Shown here in pieces: positions 13,775 to 27,947 of a DNA stretch of 64,000 nucleotides. The notes beneath the pieces were generated by a model. That model did not search any database. It saw only the letters and a program-made list of their open reading frames with translations, and was not told where the DNA came from. Made by a program: the position numbers and the translations under genes. Within the stretch, counting starts at the first letter, position 1, and each line of letters begins with the position of its first letter. Source of the stretch: Chrysomallon squamiferum (Eukaryota; Animalia; Mollusca); assembly GCA_012295275.1 (NCBI GenBank), contig CM022676.1:4898001-4962000 (forward strand). The letters run 5' to 3'.

Positions 13775-14499
13775 ATATTTGTAAAAGGAAGTATGACATA
13801 TCTTGAAATAGGCTTTGTTAGAGGCAGCCTCACTTCAGAATGGGCGCTCAGAAATGGCGATTGTTGACACTCGTAACTACCCACAGACGACGCCAAAAAA
13901 TTAAATATTAAAAAAGCAACAACAACAACACACACACACACACACACATAAATAAACTACAACTTAACTTTGGAACTATTTTTGGCACTGAAATCAGGAT
14001 AAAAAGATCTACAGTTATATATAGCTTGGAGTCGAGTTTGTAATAGCCAAACAAAAAAACACACCATGTAATACCTAGTAGCATATAGTAGTAGAAGTAG
14101 TAACAATAGCAGTGACAGTAGTAGTACCATTGGTACTAGTAGTAGTTGTTGCTACTGTATAGTTATAATATTATGTATAGTAGTAATGATAGCAGTAGTA
14201 ATATTAACAGTAGTAGTAATAATAACAGTAGTAGTATTGTGGTAGTATTAGTAGTACGAACAGTGGTAGTAATAATAACAACAATAATAGTATTAGTATA
14301 GTATAATAATAACACATAATAGTAACAAGTGTAGTAATAATATTAGTACTGTATAGTAATAGTAGTTGTAGTAGTAGTAGTATATGAGGTAGATGTAGAA
14401 CAATGGTAGTAATAATACCAATAATAAGTAGTAATAATATTAGTACTGGTGTTGTAGTAGTGATAGTAGTAATAGTAGTAATAATAGTATTTGTAATAG

Positions 14500-14736
14500 T
14501 AGTAACATTTATTTTCACTCATAGTTCTGTTTCTTTTTCTTACTCAGTTTTATTTTGCACTACTTGAACTGGTTTTTTCTGGTATTGTCTGATAAAGATT
14601 TTCGAGGAAATTTTATTTCTTATCGAGGTTATCTCAACAATTGGTTATCTCCTCTTTAAAACATGACACCTTTATCTTCTTCGTCACTGTCGTGAGAGGT
14701 AGCCAAGTTACCTGTGATAAAGAAAACCAGGTGAGT
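14500..14736 (+). promoter_or_regulatory. Putative promoter / non-coding first exon of ZP gene B
   Basis: Homolog of 560-792 with donor AACCAG|GTGAGT (intron starts 14731). Contains a short uORF ATG ACA CCT...TGA (from 14663) that is absent in gene A. Confidence 0.5.
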
Positions 14737-15701
14737 CTGTGTATTTCCTACTACGCAGTAATATAGTTAATAATATATACATCTCTGTTAATTGACAAAA
14801 AGAATTCGTTTTTAAATTTAATTTTATTATTTTTAATTATTTTATTATTTTAAAATTTTAAAAATAATTAAAATAAATAAATAAAAACGCAAAATGATTA
14901 TATTATTTAATATTTATAAACCTGTTGAAAGTTTCATTAATCACTAGTAGTAATCGTTAAAGAAAATTTATTTACGCACCTTATTTTATTTTACATTTTT
15001 TATTATATTTATTTATTTTTTGAAGGGAAGGTATTTAATTATATATAAACCCATACATATATATATTTTATATATTAAAAGGTGATATCAGTAGTAGTAA
15101 AAAGGTGTGTTTTTTGTTTTTATTGTTTGTATTATTTTTTTTTTTGGGGAAGGTATGTGAAGGTATTTGTGTGGTTGTCTATGCCCGTGTCTGTTTAGGT
15201 GCGCAATCAGTCATGATTAAATGAAATATTTTACTCATTATTAATTTTTATTTCATTTCTTAATTTTATTTAAATAAGAATAGTCTACCTAAAATTAAGG
15301 AAATACAAGAAAAAACCCAGACACCTGATACAAAGTCAGTCCTTATTGATCGGTCCCCTGTGAAAATATTCGACATGAAAAGGTATCTTTCATGTTATCT
15401 TTTGCATAGATAAATATATAAATTTAAAATACCTAAACACAACTAGAGCGCCCTCAGAATTGATTCCACAAGTTGACAACTATTAATCTACATTTAAAAG
15501 ACATAGAAAAAGTAAATACACGGCCGTAGCGAAACTCTTTTTGAAATGAGACAAAAACGCTCAATCGACGACCGGAGCGGGCCAAAAGATTTTTGACGAG
15601 GTGTCTGGGGGCCGCCTGAAACAGCCCAGAAGCTCCGACTTGAAAGATGCAAAATTCTGGATTTTAGCAATTTCCTGGCATAAATAAATCCAATTTAATC
15701 G

Positions 15702-15735
<34 letters not shown>

Positions 15736-16792
15736 CGATTAAATTTTTTTTTTTGAACAAAATCTTTGTAAAAAAAGAAAAATCAACAAAAACAAAATCG
15801 TCAATTTCGGTATGAGGCATTCGCTTCGATACAGTTACGGCAATGTAGTGTGAGTTTGCACCTGTATGAAATTTTGAATTAGGCGTCGTTATAGCTACAG
15901 TGAATTTAATAGCGATCATTCTTTTATGACCCAGCCATTATCTAAGATGAAAATTAATACTTGTGTAAGCGTTCGTGCAGAAAGTTGAGTACGGTAATAT
16001 AAACAAATCGAACATGAACCAACAAATAATTAGTTATTTTCTTCCACTGAAGCGAGATACAGCAAAAACAAAGATGTAAATTATTGAGGCTCAATCGGGC
16101 GAGGAAAGCATTTTGAGACAGTGATAATGGAAAAAACACAAAAGGTTTGAAGAAAAAAAAAAAAAAAAAACTTACAATGAAGGATCTAAAAAGCAAGACT
16201 TTGTTTTGCTCCAGTTGGGCAGCTGCATACCAATCACTTTTCTTGGCAAAAGCAGGAGAAACTTTTCACGTTTAGTCTTATCAATAAACAGCAAAACAAG
16301 AAAACAAAAAAATATAAAAAAACAACAATGAGCTAGGAATTTTACGAAATTCATATCGTTGTGATATTACTTACAAAACATATTCTTGATAGTGCTATCA
16401 TTAACACAATTACTACTACTACTGTTTCTTTTGACGTTCCTATTGCGGCTACTACTGATAAATAGATAAATAGAAAGAAAACAATCATAAATAGAGAGAC
16501 AGACAGAAAGAAAGAATGATCGCAAGAGACAGACAGAATGATAGATAGACGATTCCTGATTTATGTTAAATGAAAACATAAATTTAATCTTTACTTTTGT
16601 TATGTTTTCCCAGTACAGAATGTTTTGCCATGTATTCATCCTTTTTTTTTATACACAACCTTGTTCATAGTTATAATTGGCTGTCTTTTTAAAAATATTG
16701 AATAGTTACTTATATGGTTACCTGTATATTAACATTACTGATAAATATAATTTTATTGTTCTCTCTTTATTTTTTATTTTGCAACAGAAATA

Positions 16793-18980
16793 ATGGAGCT
16801 GATAAGATTTTTGTTTGTTCTGTCTGTGAGTATTTGCGTTTAAAAATCCATCTTTGTAATGTAATAACTAGAAATGCAAAACAAGCAAATTTTTATGTAA
16901 AGAACATGCCAGATAAACAGTTCTATTGCACAGCATATTGCCTTTGATGATGTAAATGCTTTTTCAAAGTAATGTTTTGTTTAATGATTGCAATGATTAT
17001 TAGTTATATTATAGATATTTTATTTTTCTTTGTTCCAGATACTGATTTCATTATCAAGCCAGACTAGAGGAGTTCAAATACCACCAGCAACTGGATCAAG
17101 CGGAAATCCACCAATTACAATAAGTAATTTTTATTAGATTTGTCCCAGTATTAGAAGAACCACGAAGCGCAATTGTATATATTTAAACTGAAAAATCACA
17201 AACATTAACATATTACATAATCTTTTGGTTTGTTTTACTCAGTAACCTCAAAGTAAGTCTTAGAAAGTCTCAAAAAATGGAGAGCCACTAAATTGGAAGC
17301 ATATAAAATGAGGATCTTTTTGCCAAAAAGTATAATAGAAAATGATGTGTAGGTTGCAGATAAAAGAAAAAAAGATATGTGAATGTCAGTGCTGCAAAGT
17401 GTGATGGGTAATAAAACAAATTACTGATTTTTTTTCTCTACGCTAACAAATACATTTGCAGTTAATGATAATACAACCAATTTAATCTTCCTTTAGTGAT
17501 TCAGGCAAAACCTGAATTGGTGATTTTATCTTTTTTTAAATTTTATTTATTTCATTTTATTTTATTTTTTATTATTATTACTTTTTATTTTTTTTCTTCT
17601 AAACGGTTTTAATAATTCTCGGCTTTTTGTTCCACACTTTCAGATATTTACCTCCACTCATCTGAAGCTTACAGCTATATATGTCATCTCATTTTAATGA
17701 ATAACTATATTTCTTCTCTTTACATCTTGTTTATAAGAACAGATAATTAATAGTTGACAAAACACTGACATCATTACTTACTTAATATAATTTAAATTAA
17801 AATTTTGTCCAGTTTTTAAAAGAAATTAAAAAAAAAAAATTACAGATCTGTCAGGAATTTGTTATGTAATTTAATAAATTATATTTTATTTTGTACAATG
17901 GTTAAAAAAGAAATTAATGTCTGTTTTTATGTTTTGTTTTAGGTTGTAGTACAAATGGTGAAATGAGACTGAATTCGAGTGAGGAAATTTTGGTTCTGTC
18001 ACCTTCTCCATGCACAAAAAAGCAGCAGTTCTGATAAGACAAAAGCTGTTTTTACCAACTGTCTTGTAAGTACACAGTTACATATTTATTATTTTTTTGT
18101 TTTGCTATTATTGTATTATCTGGTTTTACTGTGTTATTTTCTATCAGAATTTGTGACAAATTGTTATGTACACATAAGCAGACACACAGAAACATATACA
18201 TATATACATACACAAACATAAATACAGATACACACATACATCTACATACATACATACATGCATGCGTATACTCAAATACATACAAACAACATATATATAT
18301 ATACAGACAAACACACACACACATACACATTCTTACACAGAAACACACAAACACATACATAAATATATACAAACAAAATGCACATAAATATGATGACAGA
18401 CAAAAATCAGTTGCTTTCCAGGAAACAGTGTTTACCTCAGCTGTTGAACAACTAATTGTTAAAAGTTTGTCTCAGTGCCACCTTTGTGTCTCATCAACAT
18501 TTGTCAAGTCATGCATTCCTGAATATTGTCTATGTGCAGAGTCTAGACAGAGAATATTCATTTCTAAATACATACATCCAAGCATGCACACACTGGCACA
18601 GGAGGATAAAGTCCGCTCATAACATCTGACAAGACTTGAACATATGACACACAGATGTATATACATCTTCAGTTTCCACACTTGCTTTTTCTTAAAGCAT
18701 CTTTGAGTAGGAAAAATAGAAAAGCTAATAAATAATTTAAACAGAAAGTCTGTTGTTAATATTAATCTGTTTTTATATTTGTTTTGAATTCTACAGAATA
18801 AAACAGTGACAGTAATGTTAATGAAAACTATTGGCTCTGAAAGTATCACAGACACTGAATATTCAGTAATATGTCAATCAAATGTTCATCTCTGGAAAAA
18901 CATTCACTGTTACAGGAAAATTGTTACATATCAGGTATGTTTTCAACTTTTACTCATTATTACTACTTTTGTCATCATCA

Positions 18981-19024
<44 letters not shown>

Positions 19025-22000
19025 ATTGCTATATTGCTGTAACTGTATTGTTATTTTGTTATCATCATGATCGTCATCATCATTATTATCATTATCTTTA
19101 TTAGTATTATATCATAGTATATGTCATTACTGTTCTTACTGTTATTATTGTTATTAAAATTATTATTGTTATTGTTATTATAAAACTTGTTATGATTACT
19201 ATTCATAATAATATTTATTGTTATTGTTGTTATAATAATTCTTCTTCTCATTATTATATTGTGATATTTGTTGTTATTATTAAAATTGTTATAGTAGTAG
19301 TAGCATACTTTAATATTGTTATTAATGTTATTGTTATTTTTCTGTTATTAATATTTGTTTTTTGTGCTTTATAGATAGTGATATCATATTTTCCTTTCAC
19401 TAACACTATTTCTAGATACCAGCTAATATCAATGGCTCATATAAAATAACACATATAACAATATATCTTACAGATCAGCTGGATAGAACACAAACTTTAT
19501 TAATATTTAAATTACTGGTAATTGTTTTTAGCTTCAAATGTGTTTTGGTAAAATGCATTTCCTTTCAAATTGTCAATCTTAGATACCTATCTAGTTGAAA
19601 GAATTTCTGGTGTTAATATCTTGAAACAAAACAGAAAACAAAAATTCTGATTATAGTTATTCATTGTTTCAGTACTATGAAACCAATTACAGAGAGTGGA
19701 TCAGCAAATAAACCAAATTTTGCAATGACATTCACCAAAGGAAGCCAAACAGTTATATCTACCACTGACTATGTAACACTTGGAGAGGAGTTATTAATGA
19801 AAATCAGTACTAGAGGATGTAAGTAGGATATGATATATCAATTTGTGTGTGTGTGTTTAATTTTCTTATTATGCAGATGCAGTTTCATAAAAGAGAGATA
19901 AATGTTTTGGGTTCGGGGTTTTTGGTTTGTTTTTCTCAGTGTCTAGTTTTTGTATTTTTGTAATATTTTTGATTGTTTGCTTGTGTTTTTTGTGGGGTTT
20001 TTTATCTAAAAAAAAAGGATGAAATCAGCTTAAAAACCTCCAAAACCAATACATTATTAAAACAAAGAAAGAGAATTTATCTGGATCTACATATTAAAAA
20101 AAATAAAAAATAAGAAAAAAGAAAGAAAGAAACTAGAAATCCCAAATTTAAATGAACCTATAAACATGTCAAATTATTGGATTAAGAAACAAATGAACCA
20201 ATCATGTCCCAATAATCAGCACAGCAGACCTACATTTTGAAACTTGAGCAATTAAATGGCCATTTGCAAGTAGCAAAGAGGTCAGGGTAGCTACTCTTAC
20301 CTTCGTCATGAGCTTGTTCCATGACAAGTTTAAATGTAGCCTCTGAAGCTTAAACTTGATTAGTTTCATAAAAGATCCACCCCTGCTAATAATGATTAAT
20401 TCACTCAAATGAAAAGAACATCAGAAATAATAGTAAAAAGAAAATAAATAAATAAATAATGATGATGATGATGATGATGATAAATAAATAAATAAATGCA
20501 TACATACATACATAAAATATTAAGAAATTCTTTATTATTATCATCTCATATTAATCAGTTTTCATGTTTGTTTTTTTTGAACTGTTGATGTGAAAAATTT
20601 CCAAATTATTATTATTTTTTAAATTGCAGTTAATCCTGCAGGATGGAAACTAATACCAAATACATGCACAGCATATCCAGATGGAAAAAAACAACATAAA
20701 TTAGACCTCATCAAGTATCTATTATTCTAGATATTTTGATTAAAAACAATAAATAATAAAGTAAAATAGTGCACATGTATGTATATATGTTGGCATGATG
20801 GTATGTATGAGTTTGTGTGCTTATTAATGTATGTGCATACATATGCATGTGTGTATGTATGTATGCATGTATGTATATGTCCATATAATATATATATATA
20901 TATTGTTAAATTTTGTTTTGCAACTTGAATTTTTTTTTTTTGTATCAATTCTCCTTGATATGCACATAAGGTCAGTACCCAGCCAAGCCAGCATGCTTTG
21001 TTTTGTATCCTATCAGAAAGTACACACAACAGATCTCTTTACATCAGTTGGAAAAGGAGTAGTTAATGGATTTCTTTTCTCTCATTAACTGTTTGGTACC
21101 TAATCTCATTTATAGCATCACACAAAGTACAACATTAAAATAATAACATAAGATTAATCTTTTTTAGATATATATATATATATATATTAGTTAATTTTCT
21201 TGATTCTGTCACTTAATGTATTATTAGTAAAGTGTTTAATTTCATCAAAGATTTCTTTTAATGGCACAAAGTATTTTTCACCTTACTATTATTACCTGTC
21301 TGGGCAGGATCTTTAACACAGCTGTATTCTAGTATTTGAGCTTTTAAACTGATGACATCTTAGCTGAAATAATTGTTTCAGAAAGGAGGCTGATTTGAGT
21401 CCGATATTCTAGGCTGCATGTAGGATATGCTAGTTTATTTCTTAATATTTGCACAGTGAGTTTTAAATAATATTTCATGTGCTAGAAATGGAGAAAAGGT
21501 ATATGAAAATAAACAATGACTGTGTTAAAAACAAGGACAAAAACTATTTTTACATATTATTTATTTTATTATCTAAATATTTACAAGTAACATTCATTAT
21601 TATATTCAGTTTAAAAGCCCGGTTCATTCTGTTCTCTACATACCTGTTTTTAATTATTAATTCAACTATTTTAATTCAACTTTAAGCTAGTGTTTATAAT
21701 TCCTCTAAATTATCTTTTATTGTTCAATTCAGCTGTCAATATTCTTAGGCTAACTGAAATGCTTATCAGTGTTCTAAAAAGAAAACTTAACCTACTGTAT
21801 TCTAGAAAGGAAAACTTGAGTTACTGTTTTTAGTTTAGTAGTAGCATAGTAGTGGTATCATCATTCAAAGTAGTATTTGTAAGTATTTTTATTATTATCA
21901 TCATCATCATTGATATAATTTTATTATTATTATCATTCATCTTGTTATAATAATTGTGTCATGGAAACATTTTTTTTAAATTACTTTTAGGTCACAAAAC

Positions 22001-22667
22001 TGTCCTACAGATGATGCAGATGGATTAATCAGTCCATTCAAGTGGTCACCTAAAACTAATCTGGAGTTGAACTCAAAAGTAAAAGTGTTCGAGTTTAAAG
22101 ATGGAGACAAAATTGAAAAAACTCTTGTATTTGAATGTAATATCACCATTTGCAGTAATAGTGACAAGAGTCATGGAAATTGTAAAAGCAATGTTACTAA
22201 TGATGCAGTAAGTAACAAAACAGTTTTTAACTTGACAATTCATGTGGTAAAAAAATGAAAAAACATAATTAATATTTTCATTTACACACACACATTCACA
22301 AACGTCATCATATCACTTGTGCTATGATCATCGTTTTCATAATGATTATTGTTGTTTTCATTTTAACAGTTATGTCCAGTCATTTGATGCTTGTCATTGA
22401 AATTGAATATAAGGCAGAAATTCATCAAAGTATTTTCTATTTTTTATTTTGAATACAGACATCATGTACAAATAACAAACTTCAGGTAAGACGTCGACGT
22501 GACACAGAGTTACTGAAAGGTAAACCTGACTCTGCAGCTACACACACTGTTACTGGTGTCCTTCGAATACATAATGCAGTTGTCAGTGAAGTCATGTCTG
22601 GATCAGGTATATATAAAAATTTAAGTTATATCTGTCCAGATGTCATCGTCCTCTCTCTCACTGATTG

Positions 22668-22718
<51 letters not shown>

Positions 22719-23878
22719 CAAAAGACTCCCTAATCCAGTGAATCAAGTCTTATAGAATAATGAATTATACAGAATTATTATATTTAATAATACATATGTA
22801 TATCTTTTTAATCCTATCAAATTCAATACAAATTAAAAACAAAGTTTTACCATTTTTTGATGGCTATTCAGTTATGTTTCACAAAATGTCAAAATGTTAT
22901 TTTTGAAAACAGCCATTATTTTTTTTCCTACAATACTATTTAGAATTGTGAAAATTAGTTTTGAAAATGAATTATTTTACATTCAAATAAAAAGGTAAAG
23001 ATTTTTACCATTTTATGGCTACAGCCTCTTTCATCACAAATGTTGTTATTTATTCATTATTATTATTATTATTATTTTTTTTATTTTTTATTTTTTTTTG
23101 AAAATAAAATTGTTATACAGTAGAAACATACAAACAAATGCTAGATAATTCTAAAAAAAGTATAACAGTGCTGAAAAGGCTTATTAAGTAAATAATATTT
23201 ATAAACTGAATTATAATTTAAATGAACCCTCACATGGTACAGTAAATGTTTCAGAACACCAGAAACTTAGAAACTTTTATCTTCAGAAAGTAAATCTATA
23301 ACAGGGCCAGAAATAATGTGGATAGCTTCTGATGCTAGAAAATATAATTATGATAACATCAAACTTCACTGGATGATTTCATATTGTACAACAGTTATTA
23401 TTTTTCCACTCTGTTATTCATTGACAAAGATTGTAATGTAAACATATACAATTTATGATAATTTAAAAAATTCTTCAGCACTATATTCTTTGTTTTTTGA
23501 AGAAGAAAAAAGCAATAAAATGTGGTGTCTTTATTGAATAAATATTTTAGTATTATAGATACAAAGATCAAAATGAGAGAAAATTATTAATAATCTTTAT
23601 ACATTAAAAAGTTTCATGCCAATAACTCAGACTTATTTGAATAATTTAATAATAAAATCACAATAATAAATTTGATTAAAAATGTTTTGTACTGTTGTTG
23701 GTTTAACTAATTAATGTGAACATTTTACCCTGTTCTTGTAGCTGGGTTAATCAAATATTATCAATTAATTTAATATTGTCATTTTTCTTTATTTTCAGTT
23801 AAACTGGAGATGTCAGTCACCCTGATTTGTCTTGTTCACCTCTGTTTGGCACTGCTTTACATGAAAGATCAAAACTAA
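16793..23878 (+). pseudogene. ZP gene B: paralog of gene A without the mucin repeat (~350 aa if corrected); two +1 frameshifts as assembled (pseudogene or assembly error)
   Basis: Exons 16793-16825,17039-17123,17943-18065,18797-18934,19673-19818,20630-20714,21991-22207,22459-22606,23799-23878, all GT-AG and homologous to gene A exons. Signal peptide MELIRFLFVLSILISLSSQTRG. An extra A in the A6 run 18016-18021 gives TGA at 18032, and there is an extra base near 18890. The other indels in homologous ZP exons are multiples of 3, and all Cys plus RRRR are kept. Confidence 0.75.
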
Positions 23879-25100
23879 CTTGTTTCATTGTATGGACCTT
23901 TTGATGCATTAAAGCCTATTATAAATTATGCAAAAGAAAAACAAAATTTTTCATGGTTAAATAATAATAATTAATATTGCTTAAATAACATATTTAATAT
24001 CTTTCTTAATTTTACAAACGTATAATATACAAAAAAATTGTCCAATGACTGTATGGATAAACACTTAACTAATTTCACAAGATTCGGCTTTGCTAATAAT
24101 GAAGAATGATGTTTTTGTTAATCTCTTGTTTAAATATTGCCATTTTCTCATCTTCCTTACATAATTATGATATATAAAGAAATTATGTTAACTTCCATTT
24201 TATTTCTTAATTGAATGTAAATATACAGAATGAATAAAATCACTGGTGTCTGATCTAGCAAAATAACTGTTTGTATTTTATTTATTTATTTATTTATATT
24301 CTTTTGGGTCTATTATTATAATAATAATAATTATATATTAATTAATAGTAATCATATCTCTCATTTTTCTGGGTACCTGTATCCTAATTGGTGTTATTTC
24401 TAATTTTTAACAAACTACTATTCCTTTAAATTACAATATATTTATTTGTCCAAACCCAACCAAAAATTCATCTACTTTAAATAATTAATTAACTGACAAT
24501 CAAATAAATAAAAACGACTAGCATTCAGTTTTTATTTTTAAAACCTTTTATTAATATCAAATTTTAACAGCTGTCAATACTTTTTTAATATAAATACAAT
24601 CAAATTTTTACAATACATTAGCATAAATGTATAAGTAAAATAATAGTAATAATAATAAATGCTGGAGAAAAAGAACTGGGGAGGGGCGTCAAATAACAGA
24701 TCTAAGCAGTAACATAATAATAATCAACATGTAAACTATATTAATATTGTTTTTATTAATAATTCTTATCTTTTAAAAATTATATAATTCTGGCATAGGA
24801 TCTGATATAATATTTTGAAATACTGATGTTTGTTTTATATACCGAAATTTGGAAAGAAGTGATTAAAATTAAAAAAACAAACAAAAAAACCCTGAAAACC
24901 TAAACAACACACACACACACACACACACGATCAAAAGTAACTTAAGTCTAACTTTAGATGAGAGAAAAATACTTTGTTAAATGATTAATTGTGATGTATT
25001 GTGCATTAAAATAATAAAATAATGATGTCATCATTAATTTATGTTGCTATGACAAGGACATCATAAAATAAGGCTTAATCCAACATTTATTTATTTATTT

Positions 25101-25139
<39 letters not shown>

Positions 25140-25722
25140 TTATTCATTTATTATTAATTTATATTATTTTATTTATTTTATTTTATTTTTTATTTTTTAT
25201 TTTTTAAATATATTTGATACAGTGAAAGTATCGGAGAGATTATGGTACTCACTATATAATGGTAGTAATAGTAGTGATAATTGTTACATAAAGTCATTAT
25301 AATAAACTATAGTAGTACTAGTGATGGTAATACAGTAAATAATAGAAGAAAAACATTATTTTAGCATTGTGTCATTAAAAAACTATAATAAAAGAATAAA
25401 TAGAAGTACTATCATATTTTCTATAACTGAATAATAATAATAAAGAGTAATTGAAAATATTATTTATATAAAAGTTAAATAATTTTATCTTTATATTTGG
25501 TTTTTTAATAACATGGTCAGAATACCAGCAAATTAAAATAGTTAAGTATGTTTTAAATATCACAGATATTTTAATTTGGCTATAAAATGCAATAAAGCAT
25601 GTATGAAGGCAGATGTATTTCCCCTATACATGAATTTAACAGCCATATAATTATGTGAAGAAAAAAAAAGATAAATAAAGTACTTTATTTGTTATTATGT
25701 GTCAACAGAACGAGCTAATATA

Positions 25723-26308
25723 CCGTATATACTTGTGTATAAGTCGAATTTTTGGGAGACTATATTAAGGTAATATTTTGGGGGTCGACTTATACATAGG
25801 TAATGCTTTTGTAGCTGTTGCTGAAGAGTCGCCATTTTGGCTATTTTTTGCTACGGGATGCATCTAAAATAATCGCGGTCTTTCAGCTTTTCAAAAATAT
25901 AATTTTATCGTATAAAAAATTTAGAAAAATTAAATAACAAAACCAAATATGAATGTAAAACATGATATTCTTCCGTTTAATGACATAAAAATACATTTTA
26001 AAGCGAGAAAACCGTCAGTACGGCGTTATGCCTTACGGCGTCTTGCAATGATTTAGGCTATAGCTTGTGTAATACATGCATTTACGTTATTATGGTATGT
26101 TCGTGCAAATTACAGCTCGTGTAAGTTATGTTACAGTAGGCGTACAATGTGGGCCTTCATGGCACTGTCACACTGGTCTAAAAATAGTGACGGCGCCTGG
26201 AATCTACAGTCGACTTTTACACAAGTAATACCTAAAATGACGCAAATTTTGGTCTTAAAATACACATCGACTTATACATAAGGTCGCCTTGTACACAAGT
26301 ATATACGG
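25723..26308. mobile_element. Non-autonomous Tc1/mariner-superfamily (Tc2/pogo-like) MITE, 586 bp
   Basis: ~25-bp TIRs CCGTATATACTTGTGTATAAGTCGA / TCGCCTTGTACACAAGTATATACGG (2 mismatches), flanked by TA on both sides. Internal copies of TCGACTT(A/T)TACA near 25786, 26210 and 26267. CCGTA termini with a TA TSD are typical of Tc2-type elements. Confidence 0.85.
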
Positions 26309-27713
26309 TAATTAACAGTAACAAATGTTACTTAAAAAAAATAAAAAAATAGCAATGATATCTGAAATAGGTAAATAAATTCAAGTTTTACGTAAAGTAT
26401 TGTTTAAATTATACATAAACATTACACAAAGTACTGTATTGTTTAAATCTTACATGAACAGTTGACGGGCCTTTAAATTATCAAGCACTATAATGAATGC
26501 ATCAGGGAAATCATCCAGATAGCACATGATTAATTTGATTTGTTGTTGTTATTGTTGTTTTGCTTGCGACGTCGTAAAAAAAAAAAAAAAAAAAAAAAAA
26601 AATAGTACGAAACGGGTACGAGGTGGTATGAGGTAAAAATTACCGTAAAAAAAAATCCGAAAATGTTTCCACCTCTGCAACAATTTCTACTCAATAATAG
26701 AGGTCTATATATATGAGGTATTGAATATTTTAACAAATTACATGGAATGATCCAATCAGAATTAATTGCATTATGAAAAAATAAATGTTTAAAAATTTGT
26801 AAACAATGACAGGCGTCATACGCCGCCATGTTTATTTTCAATCGGTTTTATCTTTTTGAATTATACTAATAAAGATATGGATGGTTGTTCGTTTTACAAA
26901 ACCATAATATAGAACACCTCTCCGAACTACATTTTTACCTTAATCAAACTTTTCAAACTGGATTACTTTTACAATACTATACAATAAACTAAAATTATAA
27001 TGTTTTAGCAGATCAGTGTATTAACTTTTTCTAGCTGGCAATGTTGTATTTTTTTTGTTGTTTCTTTTAAAGCAGACGCAGTTTTATGCCTTTACGAGTT
27101 ATCGATCCTGTTGGTCCATGCTAAAGTTTTGGAAATATAATTTTTTTTTTTTTTATTATTATATCAAATTGCCACCTGCACACTTTAAAGTAAGTTTGTT
27201 TTCATCGCAACTGTATATATATATATATATATATAAAATTGTGTATATTAATTTACTGTCGTCAACAACTGGATGTTAAACATTTGTAATAATAATTATT
27301 CTTAATTCTGAAAAGAAACGCTACAAAAAATGGGTTGTACACACACACATATGCTATGTACTCGTTTCCTGTAAATAATAATACTTACAAACATATCTAA
27401 TAGACCAGATGGATACTTTTTCTGGAATGGGAAATAAGCCATTGTATTCTTTAAGGCGGACTGACTCAGAGACTCATCAGAGAAGAAACAAAGTTTCTCT
27501 ACCTCAGAGCTATACATTTGTTCTATGAGAATTATAAATACTTGTATTTATTGCTAGAAATAAGATGATTTACGTTAATTTAAATATTTTACACACAGAT
27601 TTGATTAGACGATGGACCAACAGTTAATTATTTGTTAATCCTGTTGAAATTTTTCTTTAGAACCTTGATATATTTTTCTTCTAGTAGCTGTAGTAGTAGT
27701 TATCATTATTATT

Positions 27714-27745
<32 letters not shown>

Positions 27746-27879
27746 CAAAAATAATGATATCAAATATTACAGTAACACAAATTTCAGAAAACAATCATGA
27801 TAACAAATGTCATTGTTTCCTTCTCTTTGTCCTACTTTTCTAGTTGAAGATAAATTCAGGCAGACAGGACCTTTAACAT

Positions 27880-27947
<68 letters not shown>

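Larger units (their letters stand above)
300..27942. repeat. Tandem segmental duplication (~14-16 kb period) carrying ZP genes A and B
   Basis: Matching anchors 560/14500, 4169/17943, 9273/23799, 10290/26605 and 11343/27883, including introns and intergenic DNA. Outer boundaries approximate. Confidence 0.85.

Noticed and set aside
15520-15902. GC-richer patch with CGGCCGTAGC...GCTACAG ends suggesting a Harbinger-like MITE in ZP-B intron 1
   Set aside because: Inverted repeats too short and degenerate, and no TSD, so not supportable without a repeat-library search.
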